A DNA stretch of 29,087 nt, taken from a virus (Duplodnaviria > Caudoviricetes). The stretch covers positions 1 to 29,087 of the IMG/VR virus record IMGVR_UViG_3300025103_000111. One strand, given 5' to 3'. The notes beneath the pieces are model-generated. The model ran no database searches and had not been told where the DNA came from. It saw nothing but the letters and a program-made list of their open reading frames with translations. Positions within the stretch are counted from its first letter, which is position 1. Each line of letters starts with the position of its first letter. The position numbers were made by a program, and so were the translations under genes. This document shows positions 18,573 to 24,250 of the stretch, in pieces.

Positions 18573-19044
18573 GTGGACTTAGTGTGCTCCCTTAGAATAA
18601 TTTAGTACAAAAATCTGAGGGGGTATACGCACTCATCGAAAGCAAAATTTCCCCCCATCGACCTTTATATATTCATTAAGTCAACACAAAAAAAACCTTA
18701 TGCTCACTCAATGTCATCATTGAGCTGGCTGATGTGGTCATGATGTTTGCCTTGAGTTGGGCTTGTGTGTCTTGTGTGGTAATTTATTTTTTTATTTTAT
18801 CATTAAACACATGGTAAACAATGAATACAACTTATGGTATGTCTTATAGTCTACATTGTGTGTGTTATGCTAATCAGCTCAAGCCTTTTGTTTACAATGA
18901 GTTAGCCTGGTTGAGACTTATTGCTTAAATTAATTCTTGTTAATAATCCATATTTATTCATATTTATTTTTTTTATTCTTGACTTATTACTTACTTTTAT
19001 GAGAAAACAAGCTCAACATTAATTTAACCAAAGGGGAAAACAAA
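18573..19044. other. Non-coding late/early junction, probable genome terminus (collapsed terminal repeat) region
   Basis: Longest non-coding stretch in the window, between post-terminase genes and small early genes, matching T7-like genome architecture. Contains G5/C6 tracts, homopolymer runs and a small hairpin. Confidence 0.65.
18840..19020 (+). promoter_or_regulatory. Probable host-RNAP early promoter region
   Basis: AT-rich, with extended -10-like TGtTATGCT (18863-18871) and -35-like TTGACT (18979-18984) preceded by a T-rich tract. No perfect consensus pair. Confidence 0.4.
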
Positions 19045-19227
19045 ATGGAATATGCTTTGACAGTCGATTTAAAATGGTTATATCTTAAAGAAGATAATAA
19101 ATTGCCTTATGATACTTTTTCAATAATAGATGAACATGGGTTTATTATTGCTAGAAGTATACAAGAAGAAAGTGTTGCAATATCTATCATTGAACAGCAT
19201 AATCTAAACAGATGGAATAACATATAA
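19045..19227 (+). CDS. Early hypothetical protein
   Basis: 60 aa with AAAGGGG RBS; first gene after the junction. Confidence 0.65.
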   Translation: MEYALTVDLKWLYLKEDNKLPYDTFSIIDEHGFIIARSIQEESVAISIIEQHNLNRWNNI

Positions 19228-19243
19228 CCAAAGGAGAAACAAA

Positions 19244-19450
19244 ATGCTAATCTTTAATTATTCAAGTAAAAAAGAACTTAAAGAAAACATTGGTAAAGCC
19301 TTAAATTACATTGAGACTTCAATGTTTGGGCCTGAATATGAAGCAAATGGTAAATTAGTTGGATGCAATAGGCCACACCTAACGGGCCACAAAAGAGAGT
19401 TTTTTGCAAGTGTAGTATTAGAGGATGGGCTTATTACTAAAGTTAAATAA
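19244..19450 (+). CDS. Early phage hypothetical protein
   Basis: 68 aa, YxSKKELKENIG...ETSMFGPEY...REFFA, AAGGAG RBS. Confidence 0.75.
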   Translation: MLIFNYSSKKELKENIGKALNYIETSMFGPEYEANGKLVGCNRPHLTGHKREFFASVVLEDGLITKVK

Positions 19451-19451
19451 G

Positions 19452-19495
19452 TTTTTAGAGTCTATCAATAGTAAAATATTGGTAGACTTTATAAA
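19452..19495 (+). other. Long intergenic hairpin (RNase III site or terminator candidate)
   Basis: agagtctatcaata-gtaaaa-tattggtagacttt forms a 14-bp stem with 2 G-U pairs and can be extended. Confidence 0.6.
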
Positions 19496-19545
19496 GTTTA
19501 TTTAGTAGGATGTATTTTTATTAATTTAACCAAAGGAGATACATA

Positions 19546-19746
19546 ATGATGAAAACTAAACTAGATTTAATAAAAGATATTGAAGCATTTATTGAAACCA
19601 ATTTAGAAAAAGCTGGAAATGGTATTAGTAGCGGACAAAATAGAATTGATTGGAAACAGGACTATAATTTAGTTTACAACATAGAGACAATTTTACAAGA
19701 TGTAATTACTACTCTGCAATCTATTAAATTGGAGGATATAAAATAA
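19546..19746 (+). CDS. Early hypothetical protein
   Basis: 66 aa, AAGGAG RBS. Confidence 0.65.
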   Translation: MMKTKLDLIKDIEAFIETNLEKAGNGISSGQNRIDWKQDYNLVYNIETILQDVITTLQSIKLEDIK

Positions 19747-20369
19747 TGACTATAAAGCTCTCAAAAACAAGTAAAATGCCCTGTAAATCTTTCGCATTAC
19801 CAGCTTTTAAGACTTGCTTAGGTGCTAAGGATTCAAGCGGTAAAGTTAAAGCTGTTTGTAAATCATGCTATGCAATGAAGGGTTCTTATCAATGGCGATC
19901 AGCTAAGTCATTAAGGGAAAACAATAGATTATCAATAGTAAATGAATTACATACCTTTGCAAGTGAGATGTTATTCTTATTGAACAGAGAGAATAACAAC
20001 TACTTTAGATGGTTTGATAGTGGAGATATATTCGACAATGATTTCTTATATGAAATATACAAAGTTTGTAAAGATACACCTAATATTAACCATTGGATAC
20101 CAACAAAAGCAAGGGAACTACTTGACAATGATACATGGGAAAAGATAGAGTCTTTACCTAATGTTAAAGTTAGGTATTCTAGTGACTCAATCAACGGAGA
20201 ATATAACAGTCTACATGGTTCTACTGTTATTCAAAAGGGACAAAAAGTTAATCCTGATAAAGTCTATGTTTGTCCAGTTGGTAGGTCGGATAATGAAGAG
20301 AGAAAGAATTGTGATAATTGTCGGGCTTGCTGGCATACTGATAAAGTAATTGCTTATAACTTTCATTAA
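19746..20369 (+). CDS. Gp88-like Cys-rich protein
   Basis: LSKTSKMPCKSFALPA..C, VCKSCYAMKG, FRWFDSGD, HWIPT and terminal CxxCRACW match my recollection of the Gene product 88 family. Confidence 0.75.
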   Translation: MTIKLSKTSKMPCKSFALPAFKTCLGAKDSSGKVKAVCKSCYAMKGSYQWRSAKSLRENNRLSIVNELHTFASEMLFLLNRENNNYFRWFDSGDIFDNDFLYEIYKVCKDTPNINHWIPTKARELLDNDTWEKIESLPNVKVRYSSDSINGEYNSLHGSTVIQKGQKVNPDKVYVCPVGRSDNEERKNCDNCRACWHTDKVIAYNFH

Positions 20370-20391
20370 TTAAACTTAAGGAGATAACAAA

Positions 20392-20571
20392 ATGAATATT
20401 CAAGAATTACAAGAAAACATACAAAATATAAGTGAAGAAATGGTGTTATTAGAAGAAGCCTTATCACAAGTTAAAGAAGAAATGACAAGAATTAAAGAAG
20501 AAGAACAAAACAAAAGAGCACAAGAAGGATATATGCAATTCTTAAGAGATAACAACCCTAAAAGGAGATAA
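20392..20571 (+). CDS. 59-aa coiled-coil protein (not in ORF track)
   Basis: MNIQELQENIQNISEEMVLLEEALSQVKEEMTRIKEEEQNKRAQEGYMQFLRDNNPKRR, with TAAGGAG RBS. Confidence 0.7.
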   Translation: MNIQELQENIQNISEEMVLLEEALSQVKEEMTRIKEEEQNKRAQEGYMQFLRDNNPKRR

Positions 20572-20577
20572 GTTATA

Positions 20578-20769
20578 ATGAATAAATTAACTATTGAGCT
20601 ACACTTAGACAATGATGCCTATACACTTGAGGATGGAACTATTGACTACCAGGCAATACAAGATCAATTAATACTAGTATCTCAAGATATTGGAGACGGT
20701 AATACCAATATAAATATAAAAGACTACAATGGTAATAACTCAGGTCAACACTTTATTGAAACCTATTAA
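20578..20769 (+). CDS. Acidic early hypothetical protein
   Basis: 63 aa, AAGGAG RBS, DNDAY...IKDYNGN. Confidence 0.7.
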   Translation: MNKLTIELHLDNDAYTLEDGTIDYQAIQDQLILVSQDIGDGNTNINIKDYNGNNSGQHFIETY

Positions 20770-20783
20770 AAGGATAAAACAAA

Positions 20784-20867
20784 ATGAAACTACTTGATAT
20801 CTGTATTGAAGGTGTTACAATAGGTGTTATATTATACATTATGATGGTACTCGCTGCAACACTCTAA
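20784..20867 (+). CDS. Putative 27-aa membrane peptide (not in ORF track)
   Basis: MKLLDICIEGVTIGVILYIMMVLAATL, with an AAAGGATAAAACAAAATG start context like neighbouring genes. Confidence 0.55.
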   Translation: MKLLDICIEGVTIGVILYIMMVLAATL

Positions 20868-20885
20868 ACCTGTAAAGGAGACATT

Positions 20886-21149
20886 ATGAAAAATAAACTT
20901 TATAACATACGGGCTGTCAGAATCTATGATCATGGGTTTATACATGGGTTGCTCATAAAAGAGGGACATAAATTCGACTATGTATTAACTTTAAGAACAC
21001 CATTAAGAGTGAGCAAAGTAAAACATAAGGACTACAAGCCTGTAATATTTAAAATCCAGTATTTTATAGTTAAGCTACAAGAACGTCTGGCAAGAGCAAA
21101 GTTTCAACCTAGTCAAATGGTAGTTAACTTTATAGAGGACGTATCATGA
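20886..21149 (+). CDS. Early hypothetical protein
   Basis: 87 aa, basic, AAGGAG RBS. Confidence 0.65.
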   Translation: MKNKLYNIRAVRIYDHGFIHGLLIKEGHKFDYVLTLRTPLRVSKVKHKDYKPVIFKIQYFIVKLQERLARAKFQPSQMVVNFIEDVS

Positions 21150-21346
21150 TAGACTTAGATGAAATTGAGACTTTAAGAAAAGACCTTGATCCATACTATA
21201 CAAATGATCTAGTTCTAGCTCCAAGTGATGATCACAGAGTATGGAAAAAAGAAAAAGAAAAGTGGGAATACTATCAAGCTAAACTAGTAATATTTAAAAA
21301 ATACTTAACAGATAAGATGAACTTCTACTATGGTGTTATAAGCTAA
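21146..21346 (+). CDS. Early hypothetical protein
   Basis: 66 aa, GAGGA RBS, ATGA overlap, SDDHRVW motif. Confidence 0.65.
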   Translation: MIDLDEIETLRKDLDPYYTNDLVLAPSDDHRVWKKEKEKWEYYQAKLVIFKKYLTDKMNFYYGVIS

Positions 21347-21355
21347 TGAGAGCTG

Positions 21356-21515
21356 ATTCTAGGCCATTATATAGTAAACCTATATGGTGGCTTAGGGTAA
21401 GCCCTTAAAGTGGCTTAGATTGGCTCTGAGAGCCTTAAACAGGTAGTACATGGCAGACTTGTAGTACATTATCTCTAAATTCTATAGATTGACTGCCAGA
21501 ATTATAAAGAGATAA
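21356..21515 (+). other. Structured intergenic region with several stem-loops
   Basis: Stems at 21356-21398, 21422-21434 and 21469-21515; see findings. Confidence 0.5.
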
Positions 21516-21534
21516 CTATAAAAACAGGTGAATC

Positions 21535-21903
21535 ATGAGAAAGCCAACTAGTAAAGAAGAAAATGTGTTTAAAAGATTAAGAGGTAAAAAAGCTATGTTT
21601 CATGTAACTAAAACGGTACTGGATAAAGCTATTCAAGATGCTAATGCTGGACTTGTAAATATCTTGAAAGAGGCTGGTATTATTGACTATGATACCATAG
21701 AATCAGGTGAAAAACACTACATTTATGCTAATTACAAGCAATATACAAATCCAATACAAGTATCATGCTACAGAGCTAAAACTAGGGGTGATCGTAGGAT
21801 ATGGTTTAAAGGTATCAAAGAGATAGCAAAGGCAGATGATATGATGGCTCTATCTATCAATAAAGATAAGATAGTTCTAAGTAACTTAACTAGAAGGAAC
21901 TAG
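21535..21903 (+). CDS. Putative DNA-binding protein resembling the accessory N-terminal domain of MvaI/BcnI-family restriction proteins
   Basis: TKTVLDKAIQDAN...DY...SCYRAKTRGDRRIWF...DD pattern. Recognised from memory only. Confidence 0.45.
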   Translation: MRKPTSKEENVFKRLRGKKAMFHVTKTVLDKAIQDANAGLVNILKEAGIIDYDTIESGEKHYIYANYKQYTNPIQVSCYRAKTRGDRRIWFKGIKEIAKADDMMALSINKDKIVLSNLTRRN

Positions 21904-21908
21904 AGACA

Positions 21909-22265
21909 ATGCAATTCAAACTAAACAAGCTGAAATCAGCACCTAAGAATGACTATCATCCACAAGAGTCCATAGTTGAGTACATACGGTGCTCAAAGTG
22001 TAATACTAGAGAAACATCTAGTATTTCTACTGGTTTGACTACTAGAGGTATTCAGATATGGTGTGATAACTGCAATAAGAACATCCTACATATTGAATTA
22101 AAAGGTGATACACAAGGTGATCCACATAAGCATGGTAGATTTAATGAGAGAGCTAAAAGAAGTCCTAGAGTTGAAATGATGAATGATTATTCTTTAGACT
22201 TAGATGGACTTGGGTGTATTACTTCTCAAGATTTAAGAGAAAAAAAGATAGAAGAGTCAGCATAG
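21909..22265 (+). CDS. Putative Zn-binding protein
   Basis: CSKC...GxTxRGIQIWCDNC (two CxxC pairs). Confidence 0.6.
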   Translation: MQFKLNKLKSAPKNDYHPQESIVEYIRCSKCNTRETSSISTGLTTRGIQIWCDNCNKNILHIELKGDTQGDPHKHGRFNERAKRSPRVEMMNDYSLDLDGLGCITSQDLREKKIEESA

Positions 22266-22406
22266 GCTAACTATAAGTAAACAAAGAGTAATCATGAGAA
22301 AGTCTAAAATCCTATATAAGTATACTATATGTATAACTATAGTTATTATATATAGGTATTAGACAAGTAGAAGAAGGTCTATAGTTAATACATAAGGAGA
22401 TACATA

Positions 22407-22637
22407 ATGAATAAACATAAAGCTAATCATGTAGTTACTAGTAATACTAATGACGTGATACACGGGGTTAAAGTCACTAGCTATAATTCGGTAGGTGATG
22501 AAGTTGATTCTACTTATATTGAAGGCAGCAAGTTACATGAGTATGTCTATAGTTGTAAAACCAGGAAATTCACTTCTATTGCTTCTATAGAAAATAAACA
22601 TAAAAAGTTTGTAGGTAGACCATTGGAGTTGCATTAG
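22407..22637 (+). CDS. Early hypothetical protein
   Basis: 76 aa, TAAGGAG RBS. Confidence 0.65.
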   Translation: MNKHKANHVVTSNTNDVIHGVKVTSYNSVGDEVDSTYIEGSKLHEYVYSCKTRKFTSIASIENKHKKFVGRPLELH

Positions 22638-22689
22638 TTTTAAAGATATGCTATAAAGAGAGTGTTTGATGGTTTTTGTCTCTCTCCTT

Positions 22690-22741
22690 GGAGACCTAGG
22701 GTAGCACTAGTAGTTATCCTAGGTCTCCTACTTACTTTATT
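22690..22741 (+). terminator. Strong hairpin with a U-rich tail (intrinsic terminator or processing site)
   Basis: ggagacctagggtagc-actagta-gttatcctaggtctcc (16-bp stem, 2 G-U pairs), followed by tacttactttatt. Confidence 0.55.
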
Positions 22742-23047
22742 ATGCAAGAAATAATTATAACTATTATGCTTATAATACCTCCAGCTTCTCAAGGGATACA
22801 TTGGGAAGTAGGGGCAGTACCTAACCAACTACAGATAACTTTTAAATCTGGAGTGATGGCTAGTTACTCAGCTATTCAAGTGCCTTGTCATACTAAAGCT
22901 AATAAACCAGGATGGCAAGTGTACTACAATGAGTCTATGGGGCAGGAGACTTGTTATTTAACTGATACTAACATTCCTATTATGGTGCGTGGGCCTTGGA
23001 AAACTACGATAACAAAAACTTACAAACAAAAGGAGAAACAAAAATGA
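22742..23047 (+). CDS. Hypothetical protein with a signal peptide-like N-terminus
   Basis: 101 aa with a hydrophobic N-terminus and no clear RBS. Confidence 0.55.
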   Translation: MQEIIITIMLIIPPASQGIHWEVGAVPNQLQITFKSGVMASYSAIQVPCHTKANKPGWQVYYNESMGQETCYLTDTNIPIMVRGPWKTTITKTYKQKEKQK

Positions 23048-23238
23048 GTTGGATACCTAGTGATGAATGGTATGAAGATTTATTTGATGAATGTAAAACT
23101 AAAGCAGACGTAGTAGAAAGAGCTATAGACATGATTAGAAACAGAGATAAAACAATATATGAAAATGATGAAAAGTTCCAGACCATAGCTCAAGGTCATG
23201 CAGCTACAATAGAATCTCTTATTAACCAAATGTACTAG
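23044..23238 (+). CDS. Hypothetical protein
   Basis: Start reassigned to ATG 23044, after AAGGAG and with an ATGA overlap. Confidence 0.65.
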   Translation: MSWIPSDEWYEDLFDECKTKADVVERAIDMIRNRDKTIYENDEKFQTIAQGHAATIESLINQMY

Positions 23239-23248
23239 GAGAAACACA

Positions 23249-23515
23249 ATGATAGTTCTAGCTACTCTAGCATTTACTACTTTTACTTCCTACCTTGTCA
23301 ATCCATCATGGTTTGATCATGGCTCTTATACCCAAGATACTACTCATGCTACACTTGAAGAGTGTCAGATAGCGAAACATGGGTTAGATGCCATATGTGT
23401 TGGGGACTCTCCGTCTCACTTGTATATCAATGATAAAGCAGCAGTAGTACCTGAGTTTAAGAAACAAATGCAGTTTGTTGAGTGTGATCATTGGTCAGGT
23501 TGTTTTAGACAATGA
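23249..23515 (+). CDS. Exported/membrane-anchored Cys-containing hypothetical protein
   Basis: 88 aa, AGGAG RBS, hydrophobic N-terminus, 4 Cys. Confidence 0.65.
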   Translation: MIVLATLAFTTFTSYLVNPSWFDHGSYTQDTTHATLEECQIAKHGLDAICVGDSPSHLYINDKAAVVPEFKKQMQFVECDHWSGCFRQ

Positions 23516-23727
23516 TCTGGATTGAGAGCTTCTTATCAGTATGGGCTTTAATAGCTATACGATTACTAGCTCAAGGTCACAAGGCTGGCCCTATCGTAGG
23601 ATGGATAGGGCAAGTCTTGTGGGTTTCCATGTGGATATATACTAAACAGTACGGGTTTATCCTAATAGATGTAGGACTTGGGTATATTTACTTGGAAGCT
23701 TACTGGAAGGGGAAAAAGAATGGGTAG
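23512..23727 (+). CDS. Small three-helix membrane protein (PnuC-fragment-like)
   Basis: 71 aa with three hydrophobic segments (GPIVGWIGQVLW...QYGFIL). Confidence 0.5.
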   Translation: MIWIESFLSVWALIAIRLLAQGHKAGPIVGWIGQVLWVSMWIYTKQYGFILIDVGLGYIYLEAYWKGKKNG

Positions 23728-24250
23728 ACCGACATCTCTACATCATTACTCAGGACTCTATTCACCTGAGGATTTAGACAGGATCACAGAGCTAGGTGAT
23801 TCACTAGACCTAATAGAAGGTGCAGTCTTGGTGAAGGGAAAAGATGCTGTAGAGCACAAGAAGAGAAACACAAAGATAGCATGGGTACACCATACCAATG
23901 AGACATCTTGGATATTCATAAAGATGGCTAAGTTATGGGAACTACAGCCTATCTCTATGCTACAATCATTTCAATATAGTTTATACAATGTAGGTGGACA
24001 TTATGATTGGCATAGAGACTTGGGTGCTAATGATGAAATCGTGAGTAACAGGGTAATATCAGGTGTTCTCCAGTTGAGTGAACCCACAGATTACAGGGGT
24101 GGTCTACTGGAAGTGGAAAATATCTTTGGTAATCATACAGTAGAAAAAGAACGTGGTATGATTACTACATTTCCAGCTGGATGGAGACACAGAGTTACAC
24201 CTGTTACTCACGGTGTTAGAAAAACTTTAGTTATGTGGGGATTGCGATAG
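23720..24250 (+). CDS. 2OG-Fe(II) oxygenase (prolyl-4-hydroxylase/PKHD-type)
   Basis: HYDWHRD (HxD), LSEPTDYRGGLL, FP...HRVTPVTHGVRKTLVMW (distal His and 2OG-binding Arg). Likely start is 23720, after GAAGGGG. Confidence 0.9.
   Translation: MGRPTSLHHYSGLYSPEDLDRITELGDSLDLIEGAVLVKGKDAVEHKKRNTKIAWVHHTNETSWIFIKMAKLWELQPISMLQSFQYSLYNVGGHYDWHRDLGANDEIVSNRVISGVLQLSEPTDYRGGLLEVENIFGNHTVEKERGMITTFPAGWRHRVTPVTHGVRKTLVMWGLR

Noticed and set aside
18573-19044. tRNA gene or prophage attachment site at the junction
   Set aside because: No cloverleaf or T-loop motif is seen, and no host genes or integrase flank the region.
21420-21440. Hammerhead ribozyme core at ctgagag
   Set aside because: It does not match CUGANGA, and there is no suitably placed GAAA.
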